A DNA stretch of 60,725 nucleotides, taken from IMG/VR virus record IMGVR_UViG_3300045119_000151, positions 1 to 60,725 of that record, one strand, 5' to 3'. The translations under genes were made by a program, and so were the position numbers. This document shows positions 16,419 through 25,574 of the stretch, piece by piece (position 1 is the first letter of the stretch; every line of letters begins with the position of its first letter). The notes under the pieces are model-generated. The model was given only the letters and a program-made list of their open reading frames with translations. It ran no database searches and had not been told where the DNA came from. The DNA is from a virus (lineage: Duplodnaviria > Caudoviricetes).

Positions 16419-19326
16419 TGTGCGCATCCTCCAGTTTCTTCAGTCTCTCGGATGGCGACTTACTGTAGAACAGTTTTTTCTTCGCAGCATCGGCGTCAAG
16501 CGCTTTCAGTTGTGCATCGATGTCGCTCACCACAGTCGCAGCCTTTGGTGAACTAATCTCATACACCGGCACTGTCGGATCGTCAGTCACGAGTTCACCT
16601 GTTTTTTTATCGAGAGTCGAGGGATTCTGCTTGACAGTATAGCCATCGCGTTTCAGTGCAGCATACACGCGCTGCTGTGCTTCTGATACGCTGAAGTCGC
16701 TCACCGGCTGCAGTCCCTTTGCCTCGCCTTCCTGAACCATGCGTTTGAGCATCGCTTGCCCGTATTGGTTGCCGCGGGCTTCTGGTTTGACTTGCGCGTA
16801 CTTGATCTTCAGTTGTCCATTACCGGTTTCTTGCGCGATCATGGCGCCGACTGGCGACTCGATCACGTGCTCGCCGGCATCGTTGACGCTGTACTTCAAA
16901 TCAGGCGGTGCGTTGCGCTTGTTGATATTCGACAGTATTTCACCCCACGGCTTGTGCGGAAGTAGTCCAGTACCGGATGTCGGCTGAGCCGCACGTTGTG
17001 CTAGGAGCGATTTCAAGTACCCAACGTTGTCAGTTGGCTCAGGCTCGTGCAGGTTTCGAATGAGGTCTTCAGCCGCAGTGCGGCCTTGCACTTCGACGGC
17101 TGTCGATTCACCAGGAACATTGATCTTGAAGTAGCCTGGTTGCGATCCAGGGGAAATCGTTGCTGTTGGTGCTGCACCACGTTCCTCCCCCGGCGCCAAT
17201 CGAGCAAACCGTCCCGGTGGCGGGCGTGGTAGCGGTTCAGCGCGAGGCGGAAGCGGCGGCACGTTCTCGGGTGGATTAAATGGCACACCGCCAGGCTCAT
17301 CAGTCGTGAGATCACTAGTCCGCGCGCGACCTGACTCCATCCGCGCACGCGGAGACATACCCGGCATGAACGACTCGGGATTGATGACGTTAGTCGGCGT
17401 GTACGGAATCGTCTCTATCGGCTTTGGTGCCGCTTCAGCCTGAGCACGGCGGATCGTACCTTGCAAGGTATCGCTGAGCGCACTCAAGGGTGGCTGCCTA
17501 GCGTTACCGACCTCGTGCAGTCCCATCTCCTGACGTGCGAAGTCCGTACCAGGATTGAGTTGTGTGGTGCCTTCCTCGCCGGCAATCATTCCCGGCGCAG
17601 GCAACCGCAGAATCGGTCGCTGCGCGGCTTGTGCCGCTTCAGCCTGAGATTGAGCGGTAGCTTGGCGTAGCGCAGCTAACTTGTTCTCGCGGTCGAAGTA
17701 ACCAGACAGCTTTGGACTGGTGCGAATATCCGAAACGGGCGCACCCAGCGTATTCTGGTATGTATCGGACCCGAGTATTTTCCGGCCGACCGCAGTCAGC
17801 GGTGCCTTCACGGCATTGTAGAAGTTCTCGCCGCCGAGCGTTTTTGCTCCTTTGATGTCGGCGTACGTGAGCGGATGCTTTGTCACCCACGGAAAGTTTT
17901 CAGCGGTGTCGGCGATGATCTTGAGACCACCGCTCAACGGAACGCCACTCTGTTGCAATTTATTCAGCACGTGCGCATCGACTTGGCCGGCACGCGTCGC
18001 TGCGTCGACGTTATTGATCTTGGCTAATTGCGTGCGAGCCTCTTGGAAGCGCGATACTAAGCCAGGATCTTTGTCGCTGACTTGCCGTCCGAGTTCACCT
18101 TCCATCGCATCGGCGATGGCTCGATTGGCAACGCCGCGATCTTGCACGCCGACATCATCGCTTTGCATCTGCTTGCTAGCGCGTTGCCGTAGTGCGCTGA
18201 TTGTCTTGACCGCATCAGGACCATCTAAAAATCCAGTGCGATACTTATCAACCTGCTTGGCGATGGTCTCGCGAATATCCGGCTCTAAGCCGCGGCGATT
18301 AGCGATGGCATCAAAATCAGTCTGCAAGTCAGGCGATGTTCTAAACGTCCCGGCCGTATCCCCAACTTCCTTGTAGACGGCGACATGCGGCTTAACAAGA
18401 TCATCCAAGTGCTCTTGCGTGATGCGCTTCGTCTCTTTCGGTAATCCAATATCCTGCGCGGCGATCGATGTCGTATTCGCTTGGTTCGGTTCAATGTAGT
18501 CCTTGCGCAGTTCTCCGCTGCCGGAGAATTTTTCGATTTTCTTGCCGACTCCAACAGACGCATCTGGATCAACTTTTGCCACATCTGATGGCCGTAAATT
18601 GTAATTAGCGGCGCGCGCGACTTCGGTGGGAGTTTGCGCTGGAGCATTAGCCTTCGCTTCTGCTGCTGCGCGTGAGGCTGTTACTGCATCCTCCATCGCG
18701 CCCATACCGCGCAACCCGCCTTTCAGGCCGAGCGCTTGCACCGCTGCATCGGGAGCCGTTCGAACCGCTGCGCCGATCGTGGCTGCTATTTCAGGTGAGG
18801 CGCCCATCTTGGTCAGCGCATCAACCGTAGGCTCGGCCATTGCTTCTCCGGCCTTCCCAGGAAGTGCCATCACTTTACCAACGAGATTAGCTTGCGCCTG
18901 ACCAGCATCGGAACGCGGTTGATATGTGAGTGCATTCTGTGTGGATTCCTGCACGGCCTTAGCTGCATCCACATCGCCGCGTGTAGCAGCAAGCGTTCCA
19001 AGAAAATTCAATCCACCAGCGAGTGCAGCAGGGATTCCAGTGCTGACATGGAGTGCCGCTTCGCCTAATCCAACAGTATTCTTAGCAAGATCAGCAGCTA
19101 CTGAGTGCGGTGCCTGCTCAGCCGCAATCTGCCGCTGCAATTCCTCCTTCGTACCGTTGAATCCTTGCTTCTGGAATTCGGCGAAGTCGGCGTCGCTGAG
19201 CGGTGGAAGTACGGGGCCAACTTCCTGAAATGGTTGTGATGGATCGAACGCTGGCTTGCTACCAACGCTAGCATCCGTAACCTGGAACGGCTGACTAGGA
19301 TCGAATTTTGGTTTGTCGGCCATCAC
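16372..19326 (-). CDS. Large DNA ejection/internal virion protein with C-terminal GNAT acetyltransferase-like domain
   Basis: Last and largest late gene; N-terminal FDPSQPFQ twice; Ala/Gly-rich helical body; C-terminal IKYAQVKPEARGNQYGQAMLKRM (GNAT motif A). Confidence 0.7.
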   Translation of the reverse strand: MMADKPKFDPSQPFQVTDASVGSKPAFDPSQPFQEVGPVLPPLSDADFAEFQKQGFNGTKEELQRQIAAEQAPHSVAADLAKNTVGLGEAALHVSTGIPAALAGGLNFLGTLAATRGDVDAAKAVQESTQNALTYQPRSDAGQAQANLVGKVMALPGKAGEAMAEPTVDALTKMGASPEIAATIGAAVRTAPDAAVQALGLKGGLRGMGAMEDAVTASRAAAEAKANAPAQTPTEVARAANYNLRPSDVAKVDPDASVGVGKKIEKFSGSGELRKDYIEPNQANTTSIAAQDIGLPKETKRITQEHLDDLVKPHVAVYKEVGDTAGTFRTSPDLQTDFDAIANRRGLEPDIRETIAKQVDKYRTGFLDGPDAVKTISALRQRASKQMQSDDVGVQDRGVANRAIADAMEGELGRQVSDKDPGLVSRFQEARTQLAKINNVDAATRAGQVDAHVLNKLQQSGVPLSGGLKIIADTAENFPWVTKHPLTYADIKGAKTLGGENFYNAVKAPLTAVGRKILGSDTYQNTLGAPVSDIRTSPKLSGYFDRENKLAALRQATAQSQAEAAQAAQRPILRLPAPGMIAGEEGTTQLNPGTDFARQEMGLHEVGNARQPPLSALSDTLQGTIRRAQAEAAPKPIETIPYTPTNVINPESFMPGMSPRARMESGRARTSDLTTDEPGGVPFNPPENVPPLPPRAEPLPRPPPGRFARLAPGEERGAAPTATISPGSQPGYFKINVPGESTAVEVQGRTAAEDLIRNLHEPEPTDNVGYLKSLLAQRAAQPTSGTGLLPHKPWGEILSNINKRNAPPDLKYSVNDAGEHVIESPVGAMIAQETGNGQLKIKYAQVKPEARGNQYGQAMLKRMVQEGEAKGLQPVSDFSVSEAQQRVYAALKRDGYTVKQNPSTLDKKTGELVTDDPTVPVYEISSPKAATVVSDIDAQLKALDADAAKKKLFYSKSPSERLKKLEDAHIKERRRLLALKKAVG

Positions 19327-20735
19327 TCATACTCACCAGTTGCATCGTTAAGTGTGTAGGTGTGTCCATTTTGAGTTACTGATTTTGGCTTACTACCTGG
19401 AACGGGTGGCGCAGTCGGTGCTCCAGGCTTGGCCGTGATCTTCTGTTTGATCAAATCATTCAGAGTAGTGCTCGGATTGGTTTGTTGGGCGCGTTGCAAT
19501 CTCGTGATGTCGGAATGTTCGAATGGGACGGCTTGCTTCGTCATGTCGATGATCTTTTTGATCAATTCCTTTTGCGATGGCTGCACACGCGGATTCTCAA
19601 GACTTGGTTCCAGTCCCTTTTCAATGATCTGCCGCATTTCAGCGAGCTTACGCAACTTCGTCATCTGAGTATCGCCCTGACGAAGCTCTAGTTTACCGAA
19701 CGACCCCATGAACGTATTCGATGGCACAAGACCAGCTGATTCGATAGAGGCTAAGTTGCGCTCGATACCAGGCAGCATCGTGTTGTAGTCCTGAACATCT
19801 TGAGAGGCGATCTCATTAGTGAGCGCGCCCTTCACGCTGGAAAAGAGGCTATGTCCAGGACTAGCACCAATACCAAGAACGCCAGTCGATGCTCCTACAG
19901 GCAGTTCGGTAATGTTTTTGATCGCAGCGACGGCTTGGTTGGCGCCACCGAGCACACGATTCAAAAATACCGCTTCGCGCGAACCCATCGGCGGTGCTGT
20001 CATGGGATCTTTCGGTCCACCCTTGATCGGCCGTAGTTGCCCTGGATTGTCTGGATCTTCTTCAAACCCAGACGGCGGCCGACTGCCAGTAACCCGAAAC
20101 AACTCAGGATGTTCAGCCTGCTTTTTACGCAGCGCCGCCAGTGCAGTCAACGCATCCGCTGATGCCTGATTACGTGTGTTCGCAGAGTCCGATGTCGGCG
20201 TGCCGATCGTACGCAGCGATTCACCCATCAACTTGTCTTCCGCCGCGCGACGCGCTTGAATCATCTTTAGGCGATTCTGGACCATGCCTTGGTCGATGCC
20301 GCCCATGCCTTGCTGAAATTGCAGTGCCTGCGCATCACGCGCATCTTCCCAGTCGCTCTGGCGTTGACTGTTCTGACCGAGCGCAGTCGCCATACGCGCG
20401 AGCGGCTCGCCCGGTGAGTTGGTATACGTCGGTGCTCCCGCTGCTGCTGCCAATGCAAAATACTTTTGGCTCTGATCGAACTTCTTTGATAGCAGTCGAT
20501 CACGCGCATCAGAGAGTACTTGTCGCGCTTCTTTCGCGCGCGTCTCGTACTCATCCATCTGATGCTGTTCTTCGGTATCGAGCCCATGCTTCCCCTTGTA
20601 CAGATTAGCCAGCAACCCAGCAGCGACGGATCGCGCTTCGGGCGTGGTCGTCTGCAATCCCTTCAGTACTTCAAGCGGCGATTGGCCACTATCGCCACCA
20701 TCGGCGCCGTCATCTTGTTCATCGGTGTCAGCCAT
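19323..20735 (-). CDS. DNA ejection (internal virion) protein
   Basis: Gln/Ala-rich helical protein located among ejection genes; probable start MADTDEQ after GGAGG. Confidence 0.65.
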   Translation of the reverse strand: MADTDEQDDGADGGDSGQSPLEVLKGLQTTTPEARSVAAGLLANLYKGKHGLDTEEQHQMDEYETRAKEARQVLSDARDRLLSKKFDQSQKYFALAAAAGAPTYTNSPGEPLARMATALGQNSQRQSDWEDARDAQALQFQQGMGGIDQGMVQNRLKMIQARRAAEDKLMGESLRTIGTPTSDSANTRNQASADALTALAALRKKQAEHPELFRVTGSRPPSGFEEDPDNPGQLRPIKGGPKDPMTAPPMGSREAVFLNRVLGGANQAVAAIKNITELPVGASTGVLGIGASPGHSLFSSVKGALTNEIASQDVQDYNTMLPGIERNLASIESAGLVPSNTFMGSFGKLELRQGDTQMTKLRKLAEMRQIIEKGLEPSLENPRVQPSQKELIKKIIDMTKQAVPFEHSDITRLQRAQQTNPSTTLNDLIKQKITAKPGAPTAPPVPGSKPKSVTQNGHTYTLNDATGEYE

Positions 20736-20736
20736 G

Positions 20737-22029
20737 TTATGCCGCCTCCAGTATCGCCAATGCACCACGACGCGGCTCAGTGAACTCGCCGTCGACTACA
20801 TCGGCTAGCTTCACGTGACCACCGCGCTTGAACCGCACGACAGGGCCACCGTACGCGTAGCGAATCACACCGCCGCGGGCTTTCTGGCTGGAGATGCCTG
20901 CGTAAATATCCGCGAGCGATGCCAATGAACTTAATGGCGATGCACCCAGTTGCATCTGATTGGTCATCGGGGATACCTGCGTCGAGGTCGTCGCCTTATC
21001 CGTCGGCACACCGTGAATGACGTTCGATAGCCAGTCAATCTGCCCCTTTGGGTAGTTGGTCTGATTCTGGAAGTCGTTGTATGCCAGGTCCAAATTCCCT
21101 TGATTCTGCTGCTGCTGCTGCTGCCCGATCGCCGCGAGCGATGCTGCATCTTTGATGCCCATCGACTGACCGACTTGTGAGAGTGCTCCCAAGTTCTGCG
21201 CAGACTGATTCTGGAGCGCGCCTTGCTGTAACCCCAGCGTTCCCAATTGCGTGCCAGTCGCCGCCGTACCTGCCGCCGCACTTTGGAGCGCATTGCGGTC
21301 CTGTTCGGTGAGATTTCCGGCAAGTGTTCCGAGCGATGCGAGCCGACCCGTATCCTGCCCGAATAGCTGTCCAGCCTGATTGTAGGCACCGGAGAGCGCA
21401 CCAAGTGCCTGACCTTGAATACCTTCGGTTAGATCGCGCGCACCTGCATTGGCTGCCCGTTCGTGAGCGGAGGAACCATATTGGCCACTGCGCACGAACT
21501 GATCGTTGATGCCGGGCATCACGTTCGAGTTGTAGTTGCGCATCGCGAGTTGTGTCGCACGGTCGATCACGTTACCGACGTATGGGTCCATGTAGCTTTG
21601 CACGACACCCGGATTGTTGAACGTCTGTCCGGCTTGCGCGATGTAGGGCTGAGCTGCGTTCATGGTGGAATGCGACGGATCAAGCGACTGTTGGTACATG
21701 CTCGCCGCGCCCGTCAAATACGGCGTTGCAGCATTGAGTGCGCCCGCGCCCGTTGCGCCGCCCGCTAAGTTGATCGCATTATTGATACCAGGTTGAAACG
21801 CGCCGACATTCGAGCGCGTAGCATTGAATGCCGCCGTTTGATCGGGTGTGAAATCGGCAATGCGCGGGCCTTGGTACTGCTGATAGGGCTGATCGGCGAT
21901 GGTGTTCGCCTTGGCGATCAAGCCTTGCGTGTAGTCGGAAAGCCATGCCGGAAGGTCGCTCGTAGTCTGACCGTAGGTCGTGACAGAGGGCGGAGAAACG
22001 CCATTGAACAAAAAATCACTCAAGGACAT
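20737..22029 (-). CDS. DNA ejection/pilot protein
   Basis: PYQQYQGPRIADFTPDQ, YMDPY...V, Gln/Gly-rich, NLDLAYNDFQNQ..YP motifs typical of podophage pilot proteins. Confidence 0.7.
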   Translation of the reverse strand: MSLSDFLFNGVSPPSVTTYGQTTSDLPAWLSDYTQGLIAKANTIADQPYQQYQGPRIADFTPDQTAAFNATRSNVGAFQPGINNAINLAGGATGAGALNAATPYLTGAASMYQQSLDPSHSTMNAAQPYIAQAGQTFNNPGVVQSYMDPYVGNVIDRATQLAMRNYNSNVMPGINDQFVRSGQYGSSAHERAANAGARDLTEGIQGQALGALSGAYNQAGQLFGQDTGRLASLGTLAGNLTEQDRNALQSAAAGTAATGTQLGTLGLQQGALQNQSAQNLGALSQVGQSMGIKDAASLAAIGQQQQQQNQGNLDLAYNDFQNQTNYPKGQIDWLSNVIHGVPTDKATTSTQVSPMTNQMQLGASPLSSLASLADIYAGISSQKARGGVIRYAYGGPVVRFKRGGHVKLADVVDGEFTEPRRGALAILEAA

Positions 22030-22031
22030 GA

Positions 22032-23522
22032 TTATTTACCTCCCTTCAAATACGACAGCGGTGCTTTCGCATTGGGGCTGAACTTACCGCGTGAGAGTGA
22101 CTTGCCCTTGTGCTTACGCAGTGCAGTGCGAAACTCATCGAGTTTCTTCGCGCCCGCATTCGATGAGCCGTCGCCGAGCATCGAGACCGTCTCGGCATCC
22201 ATCACATACTCACCGTCGCTTAGGCGCGCTGGGATGTCATCCGAACGTCCCGTACCGGGGCCATTCACCGCATGCGAGCCTTCTGCAAACCCCCGAACGC
22301 GCGAGAGCGGGCCAGCATACTTGGGCGCCATGCCTGCGCCGATCATGCGATGTGGAGATGCCATCCGCATCGGTGTTCGTCCCGCGTTGTGAAGCATCGG
22401 ACCCGGAATATGCGGCGTCAGGATACCGCCGCCGATGGCATACCCCTGCTCGGGCATGAGCGTATCGGGACCGCCAGAGTACTTCTTGGCATCTGTAGAG
22501 GATGAGTCGGTGTACCACAAATGCTCGGGTCGCGATCCATAGGTGTAGTAATCCACCGGAGCCATGTTTCGTGATCGACTCCAATCGGAGGTGGGTGCGA
22601 TGTGCGAGGTAAACTCCGATGGCAGTGCGGGCGCTTGCGTCCCTTGCTGTCCTGCATTGTTGACGAGCTTGCCGACCGCATTCACACCACTGAGAATCTG
22701 CCCCCAGTTTTTCGGATTTTCGACGTAACTACCAATTTTGCTTAAGACACCTGCACTATTCGATCCAGCCGCAGGTGCCGCCGCCGTGATAGCCTGAACA
22801 CCCGGTTCTGCACCGATGGTGGCTCCGGTTCCCGCCGTGTCATTCGCGGCATTGATGGCCGACTCCAATTCTGGATTGGACGTGGCCGCCGTGCTTCCGA
22901 ATTTACTGCTGAGTGCGCCGAGCCCTTTGCCAGCGACATTGGTGAGTCCATTCGCGCCAAATAGGCCAGCAATCGTACCGATCACATCGTGTATCGTCTC
23001 GCTGCCCGCGACGCCTTTAACGCCACGTGCACGCGCGTTGTCATAGTTCTGCTGTGTAGGGCCACCCAACTGATTGATGATCGGGTCGTAGTTTGTGCCG
23101 GTCAGCTTGTTCGTGATCTTCGTCATCAAAGGATCGATCGCGCCGTACAGTAATCGCTGTGGATGCGACTTCAGCTGAGCAAAGACGTCACTCAGTTTGC
23201 TTTTCTCAAGGTCACTGAAGTTCTTCAGTTTGTCGTAGCCGGAACTGAGCGCACTGTCGGTCGCCTTAGCGATAGGATCAACCTTGTACACCACATTCTT
23301 TGCGTCCCCAATGGCATCGCTCAACCAACTGTAGTCTGGTAGCCCGGTGCGCGGATTCTTACCAGGCTTGCCCCACAGTTTTCCGAGCTCGCCAAGCTCC
23401 TTGGAACTCATGTGTACCAGGCGGTCATCACCACCGCGCCCAGCCGCTTTCACCTGAGTTGCCAGCGCCGCAAGACCACCGCGAGCAAAGCGCTGCGGAG
23501 TAGAAGATCGAACGGAAGTCAT
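22032..23522 (-). CDS. Internal virion protein with tape-measure C-terminal-like GPGTGxSDxIPAxLSxGEYV domain
   Basis: N-terminal GRGGD..LVHM...E......NPRTGLP; C-terminal FAEGSHAVNGPGTGRSDDIPARLSDGEYVMDAETV. Confidence 0.7.
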   Translation of the reverse strand: MTSVRSSTPQRFARGGLAALATQVKAAGRGGDDRLVHMSSKELGELGKLWGKPGKNPRTGLPDYSWLSDAIGDAKNVVYKVDPIAKATDSALSSGYDKLKNFSDLEKSKLSDVFAQLKSHPQRLLYGAIDPLMTKITNKLTGTNYDPIINQLGGPTQQNYDNARARGVKGVAGSETIHDVIGTIAGLFGANGLTNVAGKGLGALSSKFGSTAATSNPELESAINAANDTAGTGATIGAEPGVQAITAAAPAAGSNSAGVLSKIGSYVENPKNWGQILSGVNAVGKLVNNAGQQGTQAPALPSEFTSHIAPTSDWSRSRNMAPVDYYTYGSRPEHLWYTDSSSTDAKKYSGGPDTLMPEQGYAIGGGILTPHIPGPMLHNAGRTPMRMASPHRMIGAGMAPKYAGPLSRVRGFAEGSHAVNGPGTGRSDDIPARLSDGEYVMDAETVSMLGDGSSNAGAKKLDEFRTALRKHKGKSLSRGKFSPNAKAPLSYLKGGK

Positions 23523-23746
23523 AGCTGCACCGCCTGATTAAATCGAGACGCCCATTCTTGCCAGTCGGCAAAGAGGAGCGGATTGGGAGGATTGTACTTG
23601 GTGAGTCCCGTAAAGTTGAGCGTTGCGATGGCCCACGGCTGCCAGTGATCGCCTTGCAAATACGGGACCGTTCCGAACTTGGATAGCTGTAACACCATTG
23701 CATCACACCAGCGCTTCATCGTGAGGCCACGGGGATCTATGTTCAT
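23519..23746 (-). CDS. Small conserved virion-module protein
   Basis: MNIDPRG...W.D......WQ.WA......P.P..F.DWQEWA; ATGA-coupled. Confidence 0.6.
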   Translation of the reverse strand: MNIDPRGLTMKRWCDAMVLQLSKFGTVPYLQGDHWQPWAIATLNFTGLTKYNPPNPLLFADWQEWASRFNQAVQL

Positions 23747-25281
23747 GATGTGATCCTGCCGTCGCCCTTCTCGATGTGCGCGATGCAATTGCCCATTTGA
23801 TAGTTGCCACCTGGCGTGTTGGACTCGAAGTAGAACGACATCAAACGCCGCGTTTCTTTGATTGGCACCGTCTGTTCGGCCGCATTGGTGGCCACATCGG
23901 GGAACGTAAATACCTCACCTTGGATAACAGGCGCGCGCGCATTCGACCGTCCATCGACGCGTACACTCATGTCGCCGACTTGCACGAAGTCAGGCTCAAT
24001 TCGTGCGCAGCGCAGCGAGTCGGTCGCGGCCGGTTGCGATGTAAGCAGCGAATTCTCATGCGTCTGAAAAAACGACTTGATCGGATCGGTTGTTGAGCCA
24101 TTCACGCTATCGACACCGGTTTCATGCTGCCACAGAGAATAGCCGGTGCCCGTGAGCACGAGGTCCGTCATGAACGGCTTGTCGTATACTTGCGCGAAGT
24201 AAGCGGCCGAGCGCCCCAGCGTTGGTAATGGGGTGTCGTACCATGTGCCGGTTGCGGGCTGCATCACAATCGCGTGATTACACTCGGTGGAGTCGCCCTT
24301 CGGAAAGCACCACCAGATTTCGCCGAACCGCGGCACTTTGAAGACGAAGACTTTCTGCCGATACGCCATGTTGACGTTATCGAAGAAAAAGTTCTTGTTC
24401 ATGTCGTTCGGTATTTCCTGAACGACGCCGTTGAACATCATCCAGCGGTCGATGGCGATCCAGTAGAAAATTCCGTCGTACTCGATCACGCTCTGAGAGG
24501 AGAGGATTGAGATTTGCGCCGAGAGCGTGTCGAACGCAAAGGGGATCGGATTAGGGCCACCATCAGCGGTCGCGGAACTTGTGAACGTCGCACGAATCAA
24601 AGAATCGAGCGACCAGAGCAGTCCAGACGGGCCAGAACCCGAGCCGCGTAGTGGCAATCCGCGAACGATCTTGGAGCCGGTGATAAACGCCGAATCGCCC
24701 GGCGCCGACAACGGATCATTGATCGGCGAGACATCCACGCGACCATCGTTGCCGAATGCGAGCAGGTAAGGATTGAGTGCGAGAATGCCACCGCTCACCG
24801 CATCCATCGCGGATACGGTAAGCACGCCACCGGCAGTAATGTCGCCCACAAAGATATTCGTCTCAGTCGTATTGTCGATGTGCGTGAGATTCTGTCCCGC
24901 ATGTGCAACCAACGACATCTTGCCGGAGGGGCCATCGTAGAAGTGTTCGAACTGCCAAAGGTTATCTGGGCTAGCGACGAAACCGGATGCTGGCGTGCGA
25001 TCTGTTTGCGATGAGAATGTGCCCACCGAATTTAATTCAATCTGATTGAGCAACGACTCCGATCCCAAATGAATAAACTGCATGCCGTTCGCAGTGAACA
25101 CATCCATGCCGTAAATCTTTTCGAGCAGCGATGAGGTGATGTTTCGATAGCCATACATCTTGCGCGGCAGTCCGCGTTGAAAGCGCACCCACTGACCATC
25201 CATGTAGTAGTCGCTATCGAACGTCGTGCCATCCCGCTTGATACCGGGGCGCGAACGGATTGGCGTAGGCTGGAGCGGCAT
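23743..25281 (-). CDS. Tail hub/DNA stabilization protein (P22 gp10-like beta-propeller)
   Basis: PGIKRDGT....DGQWVRFQRGLPRK..G, FGEIWWCFP, RIEPDF; size and position fit. Confidence 0.7.
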   Translation of the reverse strand: MPLQPTPIRSRPGIKRDGTTFDSDYYMDGQWVRFQRGLPRKMYGYRNITSSLLEKIYGMDVFTANGMQFIHLGSESLLNQIELNSVGTFSSQTDRTPASGFVASPDNLWQFEHFYDGPSGKMSLVAHAGQNLTHIDNTTETNIFVGDITAGGVLTVSAMDAVSGGILALNPYLLAFGNDGRVDVSPINDPLSAPGDSAFITGSKIVRGLPLRGSGSGPSGLLWSLDSLIRATFTSSATADGGPNPIPFAFDTLSAQISILSSQSVIEYDGIFYWIAIDRWMMFNGVVQEIPNDMNKNFFFDNVNMAYRQKVFVFKVPRFGEIWWCFPKGDSTECNHAIVMQPATGTWYDTPLPTLGRSAAYFAQVYDKPFMTDLVLTGTGYSLWQHETGVDSVNGSTTDPIKSFFQTHENSLLTSQPAATDSLRCARIEPDFVQVGDMSVRVDGRSNARAPVIQGEVFTFPDVATNAAEQTVPIKETRRLMSFYFESNTPGGNYQMGNCIAHIEKGDGRITS

Positions 25282-25571
25282 TACGCGAAAATCTCCAGAT
25301 ATTGAACAGTGACGGTAAAGTCAGTGCCGGATTTTTTCGTCGCCCATACTTCGCCTTCAATGGAAATCAAGTATTCAGACGGTCCAGACGCGATTGGGTA
25401 GCCAGTCGCCGCAGTCACAGTGTTATCTCCACCGATAAATACTGCACCACCTTGAATATCGGCAAGCCCGCGAATGCGAAGTTCAGTACGCCCCGCACGC
25501 GCAGGCACAATCAACGTCGCCGTGTTCTGCGCGCTGAATGAAGTCTGTCCGCTGGCGGTTTGAGTCGTCAC
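25281..25571 (-). CDS. Small beta-rich virion protein
   Basis: R..L.I.......VFIGG...VT..TGYPI pattern. Confidence 0.55.
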   Translation of the reverse strand: MTTQTASGQTSFSAQNTATLIVPARAGRTELRIRGLADIQGGAVFIGGDNTVTAATGYPIASGPSEYLISIEGEVWATKKSGTDFTVTVQYLEIFA

Positions 25572-25574
25572 TTC

